A DNA stretch of 64,000 nt, from NCBI GenBank assembly GCA_947589325.1, contig CANQAM010000003.1:16959-80958 (forward strand). The letters run 5' to 3'. The position numbers were made by a program, and so were the translations under genes. The notes under the pieces were generated by a model. The model saw only the letters and a program-made list of their open reading frames with translations. It made no database searches and was not told the origin of the DNA. How positions within the stretch are numbered: position 1 is the first letter of the stretch; each line of letters starts with the position of its first letter. The DNA is from an uncultured Bacteroidales bacterium (GTDB lineage: Bacteria > Bacteroidota > Bacteroidia > Bacteroidales > UBA11471). Positions 12,996 through 24,651 of the stretch are shown here, in pieces.

Positions 12996-13019
12996 CAACA
13001 ACCTCTAAACATTTCGATT

Positions 13020-15044
13020 ATGGCTGATAAAAAAGATATTACCCTCGAAACAAAAGAAGTTCAGGCGCAAAAGAGCGTCGATGAAGCCGCTCGACCCGCA
13101 ACGAAAAAAATCGATTCCAAAATTCCCGAAGGCCCGTTGGCGGAGAAGTGGTCGAATTACAAGAGCCACCAGAAACTGGTGAATCCCGCCAACAAACGCC
13201 GTCTCGACATCATCGTCGTCGGTACGGGTCTGGCAGGCGGCTCGGCTGCCGCCACGCTCGGCGAATTGGGATTCAACGTACTCAACTTCTGCATACAAGA
13301 TTCTCCCCGTCGTGCGCACTCCATTGCCGCACAGGGAGGCATCAATGCCGCCAAGAATTATCAGAATGACGGCGACAGTGTGTATCGGCTTTTCTACGAT
13401 ACGATAAAGGGCGGCGACTATCGCGCCCGCGAAGCCAACGTATATCGTCTGGCGGAAGTTTCCAACTCCATCATCGACCAGTGTGTGGCACAAGGCGTTC
13501 CTTTCGCTCGCGAATACGGCGGACTGCTCGACAACCGTTCGTTCGGCGGGGCGCAGGTATCGCGTACGTTCTATGCCAAAGGTCAGACAGGACAACAGCT
13601 GCTGCTCGGCGCCTATTCGGCATTGAGCCGTCAGGTGAAAAAAGGTACGGTAAAACTCTTCCCGCGCCACGAAATGCTCGACCTCGTCATCATCGACGGT
13701 CGTGCACGCGGCATCATCGCCCGCAATCTCGTTACGGGTAAAATCGAGCGTTATGCCGCCCACGCCGTAGTACTCGCCACCGGCGGTTACGGAAACACTT
13801 TCTTCCTTTCGACCAACGCGATGGGCTCCAACGGTTCGGCAGCTTTCCAGTGCTACAAAAAAGGCGCATACTTCGCCAATCCCGCGTTCGCCCAGATACA
13901 CCCCACCTGCATTCCCGTACACGGAGAGTTTCAGTCGAAACTGACGCTTATGTCGGAGTCGCTCCGCAACGACGGACGCATCTGGGTGCCGAAGAAAAAA
14001 GAAGATGCCGAGGCCATTCGCGCCGGCAAACTGCGCCCTACCGATATTAAAGAAGAAGACCGCGACTACTACCTCGAACGCCGTTATCCCGCATTCGGCA
14101 ACCTCGTGCCGCGCGACGTGGCTTCACGTGCCGCCAAAGAGCGCTGCGACGCCGGCTACGGCGTAGGCTCGACGGGACTTGCCGTATATCTCGACTTCTC
14201 CTCCGCTATCGAGCGGCTCGGCGAAGACGTGGTGCGCGCCCGTTACGGCAACCTCTTCCAGATGTACGAGAAAATCGTCGATGAAAATCCGTACAAGACC
14301 CCGATGATGATTTATCCCGCCATACACTATACGATGGGCGGCATCTGGGTCGATTACGAATTGAGCACCTCCATACCCGGTTTGTTCGCTATCGGCGAAG
14401 CCAACTTCTCCGACCACGGCGCCAACCGCTTGGGCGCATCGGCCTTGATGCAGGGATTGGCAGACGGATATTTCGTACTTCCGTATACGATACAGAATTA
14501 TCTCTCCGACCAAATTACCGTGCCCCGTTTCAGCACCGACCTGCCGGAATTCGTACAGGCGGAAAAAGACGTCAATGCCCGCATCGCCAAACTTATGGCT
14601 GTCAAAGGCAGCCGTTCGGTCGATTCCATTCACAAGGAACTGGGGCTCATCATGTGGGAGTTTGTCGGCATGGGTCGCACCAAAGAGGGGCTTGAAACCG
14701 CTTTGGAGAAAATCAAAGCCGTGAAAAAAGAGTTTTGGTCGAACGTCCGCATTCCGGGCGAAGCCGATACGCTCAACGTGGAACTGGAAAAGGCGCTCCG
14801 CCTTGCCGACTTCATCGAAATCGGCTACCTCATGGCGCTCGATGCCCTGAACCGCAACGAGTCGTGCGGCGGACATTTCCGCGAAGAGTTCCAGACCCCC
14901 GACGGCGAAGCGCTGCGTCAGGACGATAAATATATGTATGTCAGCTGCTGGGAATATCAGGGCGAAGACAAAGACCCCGTCATGTACAAAGAGCCGCTCG
15001 ATTACGAGTACATCAAAGTACAACAGCGCAATTACAAACAATAA
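13020..15044 (+). CDS. frdA: Fumarate reductase/succinate dehydrogenase flavoprotein subunit
   Basis: FAD dinucleotide fold [21 protein letters not shown], covalent-FAD His context [14 protein letters not shown], 674 aa. Confidence 0.93.
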   Translation: MADKKDITLETKEVQAQKSVDEAARPATKKIDSKIPEGPLAEKWSNYKSHQKLVNPANKRRLDIIVVGTGLAGGSAAATLGELGFNVLNFCIQDSPRRAHSIAAQGGINAAKNYQNDGDSVYRLFYDTIKGGDYRAREANVYRLAEVSNSIIDQCVAQGVPFAREYGGLLDNRSFGGAQVSRTFYAKGQTGQQLLLGAYSALSRQVKKGTVKLFPRHEMLDLVIIDGRARGIIARNLVTGKIERYAAHAVVLATGGYGNTFFLSTNAMGSNGSAAFQCYKKGAYFANPAFAQIHPTCIPVHGEFQSKLTLMSESLRNDGRIWVPKKKEDAEAIRAGKLRPTDIKEEDRDYYLERRYPAFGNLVPRDVASRAAKERCDAGYGVGSTGLAVYLDFSSAIERLGEDVVRARYGNLFQMYEKIVDENPYKTPMMIYPAIHYTMGGIWVDYELSTSIPGLFAIGEANFSDHGANRLGASALMQGLADGYFVLPYTIQNYLSDQITVPRFSTDLPEFVQAEKDVNARIAKLMAVKGSRSVDSIHKELGLIMWEFVGMGRTKEGLETALEKIKAVKKEFWSNVRIPGEADTLNVELEKALRLADFIEIGYLMALDALNRNESCGGHFREEFQTPDGEALRQDDKYMYVSCWEYQGEDKDPVMYKEPLDYEYIKVQQRNYKQ

Positions 15045-15058
15045 TACGGTTTACGATT

Positions 15059-15814
15059 ATGGAAAAGACCATCAATATAACGCTCAGAATATGGCGTCAG
15101 AGAGGCCCCAAAGAAAAAGGAGCCTTCAAGGAGTATGCGCTCAGCAACATCTCTGTGGACAGCTCGTTCCTCGAAATGCTCGACATTCTCAACGAGCAGC
15201 TCATCAACAAGGGTGAAGAACCCGTCGTTTTCGACCACGACTGCCGCGAAGGCATCTGCGGCATGTGTTCGCTCTACATCAACGGTCACCCGCACGGCCC
15301 CGACGAAGACATCACCACCTGCCAACTGCACATGCGTAAATTCAACGACGGCGATGTTATCACCGTCGAACCGTGGCGTTCGGCCGGATTCCCTGTTATT
15401 CGCGACCTGATGGTCGATCGCGGTGCGTTCGACAAAATCATTCAAGCCGGCGGATACATATCGGTCAATACCGGCGGTGTGCCCGATGCCAATGCCATAC
15501 CCATTCCCAAAGCCAATGCCGACGAAGCTATGGACGCTGCCAGCTGCATCGGTTGCGGCGCCTGTGTGGCGGCTTGCAAAAACGGTTCTGCCATGCTTTT
15601 CGTTTCGGCAAAGGTGAGCCAGTTTGCCCTGCTGCCGCAAGGCCGCGTGGAGGCTGCCCGCCGCGCCAAAGCCATGCTGGCGAAAATGGACGAACTCGGA
15701 TTCGGCAACTGCACCAACACCGGCGCCTGCGAAGCCGAGTGCCCCAAAAACGTTTCTATCTCGAACATCGCCCGTCTCAACCGCGAGTTTATCAAAGCCA
15801 AACTCAAAGATTGA
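15059..15814 (+). CDS. frdB: Fumarate reductase/succinate dehydrogenase iron-sulfur subunit
   Basis: Cys clusters [33 protein letters not shown]. Confidence 0.93.
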   Translation: MEKTINITLRIWRQRGPKEKGAFKEYALSNISVDSSFLEMLDILNEQLINKGEEPVVFDHDCREGICGMCSLYINGHPHGPDEDITTCQLHMRKFNDGDVITVEPWRSAGFPVIRDLMVDRGAFDKIIQAGGYISVNTGGVPDANAIPIPKANADEAMDAASCIGCGACVAACKNGSAMLFVSAKVSQFALLPQGRVEAARRAKAMLAKMDELGFGNCTNTGACEAECPKNVSISNIARLNREFIKAKLKD

Positions 15815-15833
15815 TATACCGATACACTTTTGG

Positions 15834-15873
15834 ACAGACCTGCGAAGCGGCACGCTTCGCAGGTCTGTTTTTT
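15834..15873 (+). terminator. Rho-independent terminator after frdB
   Basis: acagacctgcgaagc-ggca-cgcttcgcaggtctgt followed by tttttt. Confidence 0.8.
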
Positions 15874-15960
15874 CCCTCGCTCTTTGTGCGTGAAATATCG
15901 ACAGAAAAAGTTTTATACCGACATTTTCGCAAGAAAGCGTCGTATATCAATAAAAAACAT

Positions 15961-15968
15961 TACCTTTG
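15961..15968 (+). promoter_or_regulatory. -7 promoter motif TACCTTTG upstream of the THUMP methyltransferase gene
   Basis: Exact TAnnTTTG match 43 nt upstream of ATG 16011. Confidence 0.45.
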
Positions 15969-16010
15969 TTTGCCTTAAAATTCGTCGCGATACAAACTAA
16001 TTTTTAATCC

Positions 16011-17591
16011 ATGCAGCCCGAAACATTTACGCTTGTCGCCAAAACCTTTCAGGGTCTCGAAGAGGTATTGGCTTCGGAAATCGCCGCTCTCGGCGGAAAA
16101 GATATTGAAATAGGGAAACGCATGGTTTCGTTTACCGGCGACAAAGCGTTACTCTATAAAACCAACCTGCACTGCCGCACCGCCCTGCGCATACTGAAAC
16201 CCATATACACTTTCACGGCGGGCGATACCGACGAATTGTACGAGCGGATAAAAGCGTTCGAATGGGAGCAGATACTTACGCCGGAAACGACGTTCGCTAT
16301 CGATGCGGTGGTTTATTCCGACGAATTCCGCCATTCCAAATTCGTAACCTATCGGGCGAAAGATGCCATAGCCGACTATTTTCGCGAGAAATACGACCGG
16401 CGTCCGTCGGTGCGGTTGAACAATGCCGACATATCCCTCAACCTGCATATCAACCGGACGACCTGCACCTTGTCGCTCGACAGCTCCGGCGAGTCGCTCC
16501 ATAAGCGAGGTTATCGCGTGGCGCAGACGGAGGCTCCGCTGAACGAAGTGCTTGCCGCCGGCATGCTCTTGCTGGCAGGTTGGGACGGCAGCCGCGATTT
16601 CATCGACCCCATGTGCGGCTCGGGGACGCTACTCATCGAGGCGGCGCTCATTGCCACCGGTACGCCGGCAGGAATTTACCGCAGCGATTTCGCTTTCAAA
16701 CATTGGAGCGATTTCGACGAAGAACTTTTCGACACCCTCTACAACGACGACAGCGGGGAGCACCCCTTCGAGCATAAAATATACGGCAGTGACATTTCGC
16801 CCAAGGCGGTGGAAATAGCCGTCGAAAATATCAAAAATGCCGGCATGGGGCGCTATATCGACATCGCGGTGAAGCCCATGCAGCAATATGCCGAAGGCGA
16901 AATGCCCGCCGGTGGACTTTTGGTTACCAATCCTCCTTATGGCGAGCGCATTACCGATGATGATTTGTTGGGGCTGTATGCCATGATAGGCTCGCAATTG
17001 AAACACGTGTTCAAGGGTTTCGATGCGTGGATTATCAGCTATCGCGACGATTGCTTCGACAGCATCGGTCTGAAAGCCTCCGCCCGTCTGCCCATGATGA
17101 ACGGCGCTCTCGAATGCGAATACCGCAAGTATGAAATTTTCGACGGTAAATATACCGATTTCAAACGCGAAACAGGAGGCTTCCAACGAAAAGAAAATGA
17201 CGGAAAGGATGCCTATCGGAAAGAACGTCCGGAATCGTTCGGTTGGCGCGAGAGTGCCTCCGGACGGAAAGAGCGCGGTAAACGCCCGTTCGACGACCGC
17301 AAACCCGACCGTGAACACCCTTTTCGAAAATCGGAAAGCCGAAAAGAGTTCGGACAAAAAGAAAATCGCCGTCGTCCGTTCGACGGGCGTCGTCCGGCGC
17401 CGGTGCCGCGACAGGAATTTACCGCCGCCTATGATGAGGACGACGAAATAAAAATTTCCCGTTTCCGCCGCGAACGCTTGCATGGCGACGAAGCCGTGAA
17501 CCAGTATGTCATCGGACGCAAGCCCTCTATCGGTGTGGAAAAGCCGAAAAAAGAACCTGCCCGTCCCTATAAACGAAACAAGAAAAAATAA
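16011..17591 (+). CDS. THUMP-domain class I SAM-dependent RNA methyltransferase (RlmL/RlmK-like) with ~140-aa basic disordered C-terminal tail
   Basis: N-terminal THUMP-like region, methyltransferase motifs DPMCGSGTLLIEAA and LLVTNPPYGERI. Tail is rich in R/K/E/F with a repeated RPFDxRxP motif. Confidence 0.8.
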   Translation: MQPETFTLVAKTFQGLEEVLASEIAALGGKDIEIGKRMVSFTGDKALLYKTNLHCRTALRILKPIYTFTAGDTDELYERIKAFEWEQILTPETTFAIDAVVYSDEFRHSKFVTYRAKDAIADYFREKYDRRPSVRLNNADISLNLHINRTTCTLSLDSSGESLHKRGYRVAQTEAPLNEVLAAGMLLLAGWDGSRDFIDPMCGSGTLLIEAALIATGTPAGIYRSDFAFKHWSDFDEELFDTLYNDDSGEHPFEHKIYGSDISPKAVEIAVENIKNAGMGRYIDIAVKPMQQYAEGEMPAGGLLVTNPPYGERITDDDLLGLYAMIGSQLKHVFKGFDAWIISYRDDCFDSIGLKASARLPMMNGALECEYRKYEIFDGKYTDFKRETGGFQRKENDGKDAYRKERPESFGWRESASGRKERGKRPFDDRKPDREHPFRKSESRKEFGQKENRRRPFDGRRPAPVPRQEFTAAYDEDDEIKISRFRRERLHGDEAVNQYVIGRKPSIGVEKPKKEPARPYKRNKKK

Positions 17592-17606
17592 CCTCTATCC
17601 TTTGTT

Positions 17607-19760
17607 ATGAAACATCGTATCGTATTCCTGTTGATGCTCTTATTGCCTATGACAGCCGCTGCTCAAAACAAACCGCTTACCGCGCAAGATTTGATACGGG
17701 GAGGAAGCAGCTACTTCCGCTTCGTGCCCAAGACGCTGCGCCAACTCTCTTTCGTCGGCGACAAATATGTTTACCGGCAGGGCGATACCTTGTTGCTGAC
17801 AGCTCCTGCAAGCCGTAAACATACGGTGTGGGTAACGCTTGCCGACTTCAATGAAGCGTTGGAGAAACGCGGCATGAAAACGCTTCGCACGCTTCCCTCG
17901 TTTTCAGTGGAAGAGAGCGACGGTACGCCGCGCCTTTGTTTCACGACGCAGACGGCCCTGAATTATTACAATCCCGCTTCGCACGTTGTCGAATATACAT
18001 TTCCTTTTTTGTGCGGCGATGCCGATTTCGCTTTCGAACCGCAGCAGAAACGGCTGGCTGTAACGCACGACCGCGACCTCGTCGTCATCGACGGCGAAGG
18101 TACACGCACGGTCGTGGCGCACGACGACAACGACCAGATATGTTTCGGCGCCTCCGATGTGCACCGCAACGAGTTCGGCATAACGAAAGGCATCTTTTGG
18201 TCGCCGAAAGGCAATGCGCTTGCTTTCTACCGTATGGACGAAAGCAAGGTAGCGGACTATCCGCTGGTCGATATTTCCGCCCGCACGGCAGCTTTGAAAA
18301 AAGAAAAATATCCGATGGCGGGTAGGCCGAGCCACGAAGTGAAAGTGGGAGTGTATCACATTGCATCGGGCAAGACGGTGTATCTGCAACCCGCCGGAGA
18401 AAAAGACCAATATCTGACAAACATTGCTTGGTCGCCCGACGAAAAGGCGATTTACCTGCAACGCCTCAACCGCCGGCAGGATACCTGTTACAGCGAGGCA
18501 TACGATGCCCTTACGGGCAAATTGCTCCGCACGCTTTTCGTGGAAACTTCCGACAAATACATGGAGCCGGAGCACCCGATTTTCTTCCTGCCCGGACGCG
18601 ACGACCGTTTCGTGCATCTGTCGCGTCGCAGCGGGTATCGGCATCTTTACCTTTACGACACCGACGGAAACCTGTTGAAGCAGCTGACCGACGGTGAGTG
18701 GGAAGTGCTTTCCGCCGAAGCCGCTCCCGACGGCAAGACGCTGTTCATTACCGCCACCGAAGCCTCGCCGCTCGAAACGAATCTCTACAAAGTGTCGGTG
18801 GCGACGGGAAAGCGCACGCGGCTCACGCCGCAAAGCGGCGTACACAATACGACGGTAAGCCGTTCGGGACGCTATGTCATCGATATGTTTTCCAACCATG
18901 AAACGCCCCGCATCACCCAACTGATAACGACCTCGAACGGCAAAGTCGAAAATCTTTTTACGGCTGAAAATCCGTATGAGGGTTATGACGTGCCGACTTT
19001 TGCCGGCGGCACTCTCAAAGCCGCCGACGGCGAAACCGACCTCTATTACCGGCTGACTTTTCCTCCGCATTTCGACCCGACACAGAAATATCCGGTCATC
19101 GTCTATGTTTATGGCGGGCCCCATGCCCAAATGGTGGAAGACCGCTGGCTGTGGGGCGCTGCCGGAAACGACCTCTTTTTGGCTACGCGCGGCTACGTGG
19201 TATTCACCCTCGACAATCGCGGTTCCTCCAATCGCGGACTGCCTTTCGAGTCGGTGACCTATCACCGACTTGGCGACAACGAAATGGACGACCAGATGTG
19301 CGGCGTGGAGTGGCTGCGCCGGCAGGCGTGGTGCGATGCCGACCGCATAGGCGTGCACGGGTGGAGTTACGGCGGATTCATGACGACCAACCTTATGCTT
19401 ACGCACGGCGATGTCTTCAAAGTGGGCGTTGCCGGCGGCGCCGTCATCGACTGGAAATATTATGAAGTGATGTACGGCGAACGCTACATGGGTACGCCGC
19501 AAAGCAATCCCGAAGGGTATGACCACTGCAACCTCCGTAACAAAGCCGGCAATTTGCAAGGACATCTGCTGCTCATACACTGCGACACCGACCCCGTAGT
19601 GGTGTGGCAGCACACGCTGTCGTTCCTGAAAAGCTGCATCGAAGCAGGGACATATCCCGACTATTTCGTTTATCCGGGACACGGGCACAACGTTATCGGC
19701 AGGGAACGGGTGCATCTTTATGAAAAGATAGCGCGCTATTTCGATGATTATTTGAAATAA
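17607..19760 (+). CDS. S9 family serine peptidase, dipeptidyl-peptidase IV-like
   Basis: Signal peptide, N-terminal beta-propeller-sized region, catalytic GWSYGGFM nucleophile elbow, C-terminal D...GHGH. Confidence 0.85.
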   Translation: MKHRIVFLLMLLLPMTAAAQNKPLTAQDLIRGGSSYFRFVPKTLRQLSFVGDKYVYRQGDTLLLTAPASRKHTVWVTLADFNEALEKRGMKTLRTLPSFSVEESDGTPRLCFTTQTALNYYNPASHVVEYTFPFLCGDADFAFEPQQKRLAVTHDRDLVVIDGEGTRTVVAHDDNDQICFGASDVHRNEFGITKGIFWSPKGNALAFYRMDESKVADYPLVDISARTAALKKEKYPMAGRPSHEVKVGVYHIASGKTVYLQPAGEKDQYLTNIAWSPDEKAIYLQRLNRRQDTCYSEAYDALTGKLLRTLFVETSDKYMEPEHPIFFLPGRDDRFVHLSRRSGYRHLYLYDTDGNLLKQLTDGEWEVLSAEAAPDGKTLFITATEASPLETNLYKVSVATGKRTRLTPQSGVHNTTVSRSGRYVIDMFSNHETPRITQLITTSNGKVENLFTAENPYEGYDVPTFAGGTLKAADGETDLYYRLTFPPHFDPTQKYPVIVYVYGGPHAQMVEDRWLWGAAGNDLFLATRGYVVFTLDNRGSSNRGLPFESVTYHRLGDNEMDDQMCGVEWLRRQAWCDADRIGVHGWSYGGFMTTNLMLTHGDVFKVGVAGGAVIDWKYYEVMYGERYMGTPQSNPEGYDHCNLRNKAGNLQGHLLLIHCDTDPVVVWQHTLSFLKSCIEAGTYPDYFVYPGHGHNVIGRERVHLYEKIARYFDDYLK

Positions 19761-19773
19761 TACATATATACTC

Positions 19774-21042
19774 ATGAATATACTTTTATTAGGTTCGGGC
19801 GGAAGAGAAAGCGCCCTCGCTTGGAAAATAAGCCGAAGCCCCCGTACAGACAAGCTGTACATCGCACCCGGCAATGCCGGAACGGCAGGGGTAGGTGCCA
19901 ACGTCGCCATTTCGGCAACCGATTTCCCTGCCATACGGGATTTTGTGCTCTCGCACGCCATTGACATGGTGGTGGTAGGTCCCGAAGACCCGTTGGTCAA
20001 AGGCATTTACGACTATTTCAAAAACGATTCCGAGTTGAGTAAAATCCCCGTTATCGGACCTTCCGCCGAAGGCGCACGCCTCGAAGGCAGCAAAGATTTT
20101 GCCAAAGCGTTTATGATGCGTCACCATATCCCGACGGCGCGCTATGCCAGTTTTACGAGCGATACCGTGCAAGAGGCTTACGCTTTTCTCGAAACCCTGA
20201 AACCGCCCTACGTACTCAAAGCCGACGGGCTTGCAGCCGGAAAAGGTGTCTTGATACTTCCGACGCTGGACGAGGCAAAAGACGAGTTGAAAGAGATGCT
20301 TTCGGGAAAGTTCGGCGATGCCGGCAACACGGTCGTCATCGAGGAATTTCTTTCGGGCATCGAGTGTTCCGTATTCGTATTGACCGACGGCAAAAGCTAT
20401 AAAATACTGCCGGTTGCCAAAGACTACAAACGGGTGGGCGAAGGCGATACCGGACTGAATACCGGCGGCATGGGCGCCGTGTCGCCCGTACCGTTTGCCG
20501 ATGCCGTGTTCATGAAAAAGGTCGAAGAACGTATCGTTATCCCCACCGTCGAAGGATTGAAAGCCGAAAACATCGATTATAAGGGATTTATTTTCTTGGG
20601 ACTTATCAACGTGGCAGGCGAGCCGATGGTCATCGAGTACAACGCGCGCATGGGCGACCCCGAAACCGAAGTCGTCATGCTGCGTATCAAAAGCGACCTC
20701 GTGGAGCTGCTCGAAGGCGTGGCGCAGGGAAATTTGAGCGAGCGCTTGTTGGAAACCGATTCCCGTTCGGCGGTAACCGTCATGTTGGTATCGGGCGGTT
20801 ATCCAGGAAGTTACGAAAAAGGAAAGGTCGTTACCGGACTCGACCAAGTAACCGACAGCATTCTCTTCCATGCCGGTACGAAGCTGCAAGACGGAACGGT
20901 CGTTACCTCCGGCGGACGGGTCATCGCCGTCAGCTCGTACGGTGCGAACAAAGCCGATGCTCTTGCCCGTTCGTATGCCAATGTGGAAAAAATCGATTTC
21001 GATAAAAAATATTTCCGTCGCGACATAGGCTCCGACCTCTAA
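19774..21042 (+). CDS. purD: Phosphoribosylamine--glycine ligase
   Basis: [19 protein letters not shown]..., ATP-grasp body ([41 protein letters not shown]), 422 aa. Confidence 0.93.
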   Translation: MNILLLGSGGRESALAWKISRSPRTDKLYIAPGNAGTAGVGANVAISATDFPAIRDFVLSHAIDMVVVGPEDPLVKGIYDYFKNDSELSKIPVIGPSAEGARLEGSKDFAKAFMMRHHIPTARYASFTSDTVQEAYAFLETLKPPYVLKADGLAAGKGVLILPTLDEAKDELKEMLSGKFGDAGNTVVIEEFLSGIECSVFVLTDGKSYKILPVAKDYKRVGEGDTGLNTGGMGAVSPVPFADAVFMKKVEERIVIPTVEGLKAENIDYKGFIFLGLINVAGEPMVIEYNARMGDPETEVVMLRIKSDLVELLEGVAQGNLSERLLETDSRSAVTVMLVSGGYPGSYEKGKVVTGLDQVTDSILFHAGTKLQDGTVVTSGGRVIAVSSYGANKADALARSYANVEKIDFDKKYFRRDIGSDL

Positions 21043-21062
21043 TGCGATAACACCCTTTCCCG

Positions 21063-22025
21063 ATGTCCGTTACCCTGTCGCAGATTACCGAAAGCAAGCT
21101 CTTCCGCCGCTTTTTCTGGGGAGGCGTTTTGCTGGCGGTTGTCGGGACGCTTCTCGTTTATCGTCCTGCCGACGGAGGGTACGTACTGTTGCAGCTGTTT
21201 TGCGGTACGGTGGGGGCTGCCCTTGTCATCGCGGTGGTCGATGTGCTGTTTGTCGGGTGGAGTTGTTTCCTGTTGATGCGGCTCAACAACAAGTATGCCC
21301 TCATGCAGCAGCGCACGCTGCTGCCGGTAATTCTGCTGTTGCTTTTCGACTGCTGCAATCCGGCCATTGTCGGAACGATAAACAGCGGACTGCTGCTTAC
21401 GCCGGTATATTTGTCGGTCATATATCTGCTTTATGATACCTATCAGAACGAAAACTGCCGGGCAGCGTACGACATGGGGCTGCTTCTTGCCGTCGGATAT
21501 TTGGTGGAGCCGCCGTTCCTGCTGTTGAGCCTGCCTTTCTGTTTCGGCTTTATTTACATGCGGTCGTCCTCATGGCGTATGTTCGCGGCATTGGGGTTGG
21601 GCGTGCTTACGGTTATATGGCTGGTTTTCTGCATCGGACTGACCGATGACTGCCGGCTGCTTCCCGATTTTCACGATGTGTTTTTGTTTGCCTCTTTCGT
21701 GGAATCGGGCGACCTGCGATATTTCCTCCCGATAACGGTAATCGGTATACTTTGCGGGGTGGGCGGCACCTATTTCATCAAACGCCATAAAATACAGATT
21801 TGGAGATACAACCGTTTTACGCTGCTGCTGACGATTTTTCTGCTGGTGCTTTCGCTGCTCGATATGGCGGGTCTCGATGCGTATCTGCCGCTGCTTAACG
21901 CCACGATGGCGCTGTCTGTTTCCAATTTCGCCCTGCACACCCGCAGCCGCGCTGTTCCTTATCTGTTTTACGTCCTGATAGGCGTTTACTTTGTTTTATA
22001 CGCATGGAGTCTTTGCAACTTTTGA
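21063..22025 (+). CDS. Polytopic integral membrane protein, function unknown
   Basis: 320 aa, about 8 or more hydrophobic segments. I recognise no catalytic motif. Confidence 0.6.
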   Translation: MSVTLSQITESKLFRRFFWGGVLLAVVGTLLVYRPADGGYVLLQLFCGTVGAALVIAVVDVLFVGWSCFLLMRLNNKYALMQQRTLLPVILLLLFDCCNPAIVGTINSGLLLTPVYLSVIYLLYDTYQNENCRAAYDMGLLLAVGYLVEPPFLLLSLPFCFGFIYMRSSSWRMFAALGLGVLTVIWLVFCIGLTDDCRLLPDFHDVFLFASFVESGDLRYFLPITVIGILCGVGGTYFIKRHKIQIWRYNRFTLLLTIFLLVLSLLDMAGLDAYLPLLNATMALSVSNFALHTRSRAVPYLFYVLIGVYFVLYAWSLCNF

Positions 22026-22453
22026 GCGAGTGGGGATATGCGGGGCTGTTTGTCGCCGCATTTTTGGCCGGCAGCCTTTTTCCGTTCAGCTCCGAAGCCA
22101 TACTCGTGTTGCTGCTCGTTGCCGGCTATCAGACGGGAACCTGTCTGTTGGTGGCGACTGCCGGAAACTGGCTGGGCGGCATAACCTGCTATTATATAGG
22201 CCGTTTGGGAAAAATCGAATGGATAGAGAAATACCTGCGTGTATCGCACGAGAAGATAGAAAAGACGCACCGCTTTTTACAGGGAAAAGGCGCATTGATG
22301 GGATTTTTCGCTTTTCTACCCGGAATAGGAGGCATCATCGTCGTTACGCTCGGACTTATGCGCGCCAATCTGTTATGGGTGAATCTCTCCATGCTGGCGG
22401 GCAAACTGCTCCGCTATTATTTGATTGTCGTCGGAATGGATTTCATTTTCTGA
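22004..22453 (+). CDS. YqaA/DedA-related small membrane protein
   Basis: 149 aa, WGYAGLFVAAFLAGSLFPFSSEAILVLLL is typical of the YqaA (SNARE-associated/DedA-like) family. Overlaps the upstream gene by 22 nt. Confidence 0.7.
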   Translation: MESLQLLSEWGYAGLFVAAFLAGSLFPFSSEAILVLLLVAGYQTGTCLLVATAGNWLGGITCYYIGRLGKIEWIEKYLRVSHEKIEKTHRFLQGKGALMGFFAFLPGIGGIIVVTLGLMRANLLWVNLSMLAGKLLRYYLIVVGMDFIF

Positions 22454-22487
22454 CGGAAAAACATTTGCTTCGTCCGCAGAGTTGTCG

Positions 22488-22495
22488 TATCTTTG
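22488..22495 (+). promoter_or_regulatory. -7 promoter motif TATCTTTG upstream of the ABC exporter gene
   Basis: Exact TAnnTTTG match 28 nt upstream of ATG 22523. Supports the trimmed start. Confidence 0.45.
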
Positions 22496-22522
22496 CCGAA
22501 ACGGAAAATATCGGTATCGGTT

Positions 22523-24349
22523 ATGAAAGATTTGTTCAAGCTCTTGCTGCGCTTTGTGCCGCCCTATAAGAGATATTTGTTTCTCAATATCTTCTTCAAT
22601 TTTTTTTCAACGCTTCTCAGCGTGTTTTCGTTTGCCCTTATCATACCGATTCTGGAAATACTTTTCAAGACGACCGATACCGCCTATACCTTTGTCGCGT
22701 GGGGCGAGGGCGACTTAAAAGATGTACTCGTCAATAATCTCTATTGGTTTGTCAGCCGGCAAATCGAGCTGCACGGACACATCTGGACGCTGGTCATGCT
22801 GGGCGTGTGCCTTATCGTCATGACTTTTGCCAAGACGATGAGCAGCTACGTGAGTTCGGCAAGCATCATACCCCTGCGGGGCGGCGTGGTGCGCGACATA
22901 CGCAATTTTCTGTATCGCAAGGTCGTGGCTTTGCCTATCGGCTTTTTTACGACAGAACGCAAGGGCGATATCATGGCGCGCATGACAGGCGATGTGGCGG
23001 AGGTGGAAAATTCCGTTATGACCTCGCTCGACATGCTGTTCAAAAATCCTATCATGATTATCATCTACCTTGCCACCATGTTTCTGCTCAGTTGGCAGCT
23101 TACGCTGTTCGTGCTCGTGCTGCTGCCGGTGGCGGGTTTTGTCATGGGCAAGGTAGGCAAGTCGCTGAAACGCAAGTCGCTCGGCGCGCAGCAGCAGTGG
23201 GGCGACCTCATGGCGCAGATAGAGGAGACGCTGGGCGGGCTGCGCATCGTCAAAGCCTTCAATGCCGAGAAGAAAATCTGCCGCCGCTTCGAGGGGGCAA
23301 ACGATACGTTCTACCGCACGACCAACCGCATAGGCTTGCGTCAGACGCTTGCCCACCCCATGAGCGAATTTCTGGGAACGACCGCTATCGTCATCGTACT
23401 GTGGTTCGGCGGCGCGTTGATTCTGCACGGCAACAGTATCATCAACGCCGGCGAGTTTATCTATTACCTTATCATATTTTACAGCATTATCAATCCCGCC
23501 AAAGACCTGACCAAAGCCTTTTATACCATACAGCGCGGGCTTGCCGCCATGGTGCGCATCGACAAGATACTTTCGACGGAAAATCCCATAAAAAATCCCG
23601 AAAGGCCGGTGACGGGCGTGTCGCTGCAACACGCTATCGAGTACCGCGACGTTCGTTTCCGCTATCAGGACGACTGGGTCATAAAAGGAGTGAATCTGAC
23701 CATAGAAAAGGGTTGTACCGTAGCCCTTGTCGGCCAGTCCGGCTCGGGAAAATCGACGCTGGCAGACCTGCTGCCCCGATTCTACGATGTCGTCGAGGGC
23801 GGCATATACATCGACGGCGTGAATGTCAAAGATATGCGTGTTGCCGATTTGCGAGCCATGATGGGAATTGTCAATCAGGAAGCGATACTTTTCAACGATA
23901 CCTTCCGCAACAACATCACCTTCGGCGTGGAGAATGCCACGCAGGAGCAGGTCGAAGAAGCCGCCCGCATAGCCAATGCCCATAAGTTCATTATGGCGAC
24001 GGAGCAGGGCTACGACACCGTCATCGGCGACAGGGGCTGCCGCCTTTCCGGCGGACAACGGCAGCGCATCAGCATCGCGCGGGCGATTCTCAAAAACCCC
24101 CGCATACTGATTCTCGACGAAGCCACTTCCGCGCTCGACACCGAAGCCGAACGCCTCGTGCAGGAAGCCCTCGAAAATTTGATGAAAAACCGCACTACGC
24201 TGGTCATCGCCCACCGTCTTTCCACCATCAAAGACGCCGACCTTATCTGCGTCATGCAGGAGGGCCGCATCGTGGAGTCGGGCAGGCACGATGAACTGCT
24301 GAAAGCAAACGGCTATTACAAACATTTGGTCGATATGCAGCAATTTTGA
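22523..24349 (+). CDS. ABC transporter permease/ATP-binding fusion protein (MsbA-like exporter)
   Basis: Six-TM N-terminal domain, Walker A GQSGSGKST, signature LSGGQRQRISIARA, Walker B ILILDEATSALD. Confidence 0.9.
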   Translation: MKDLFKLLLRFVPPYKRYLFLNIFFNFFSTLLSVFSFALIIPILEILFKTTDTAYTFVAWGEGDLKDVLVNNLYWFVSRQIELHGHIWTLVMLGVCLIVMTFAKTMSSYVSSASIIPLRGGVVRDIRNFLYRKVVALPIGFFTTERKGDIMARMTGDVAEVENSVMTSLDMLFKNPIMIIIYLATMFLLSWQLTLFVLVLLPVAGFVMGKVGKSLKRKSLGAQQQWGDLMAQIEETLGGLRIVKAFNAEKKICRRFEGANDTFYRTTNRIGLRQTLAHPMSEFLGTTAIVIVLWFGGALILHGNSIINAGEFIYYLIIFYSIINPAKDLTKAFYTIQRGLAAMVRIDKILSTENPIKNPERPVTGVSLQHAIEYRDVRFRYQDDWVIKGVNLTIEKGCTVALVGQSGSGKSTLADLLPRFYDVVEGGIYIDGVNVKDMRVADLRAMMGIVNQEAILFNDTFRNNITFGVENATQEQVEEAARIANAHKFIMATEQGYDTVIGDRGCRLSGGQRQRISIARAILKNPRILILDEATSALDTEAERLVQEALENLMKNRTTLVIAHRLSTIKDADLICVMQEGRIVESGRHDELLKANGYYKHLVDMQQF

Positions 24350-24651
24350 ACACGGCGTGAACATCTTTTGGGAAATGTGTATACTTAAAATGAAAAAAAT
24401 CCGTGTGATAAGAAAAAATATTGAAAATCTTTTGGAAAAGTCTGTTTTATATATCATCTTTGCAGGCGGTAAAATAAACCGAAATATGAGTTATTGAAAT
24501 TTTTACATAGAGAACTTTATTTCTTAAAATTGTGAAATAAGTATAAATATTTGAAATATATAAAAGATTATGGTTAGATATTCGATTAAAAGTCTTTCCT
24601 TTGCAGCGCATTATGCCTAATAGAACGAATAGAAATTAATTATAAAAACCA

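Noticed and set aside
17904-20006. 700-aa minus-strand ORF spanning the DPP-IV-like and purD genes
   Set aside because: It is an antisense shadow that crosses an intergenic gap between two well-supported plus-strand genes.
24363-24463. Repeated ATCTTTTGG(G)AAA / ATCTTTG motifs in the AT-rich leader upstream of the lipoprotein gene
   Set aside because: There are two 13-mer copies 64 bp apart plus a partial third. None is an exact TAnnTTTG promoter match, and such T-rich words are expected in AT-rich DNA. They are noted under the lipoprotein/barrel finding but are not called as a feature.
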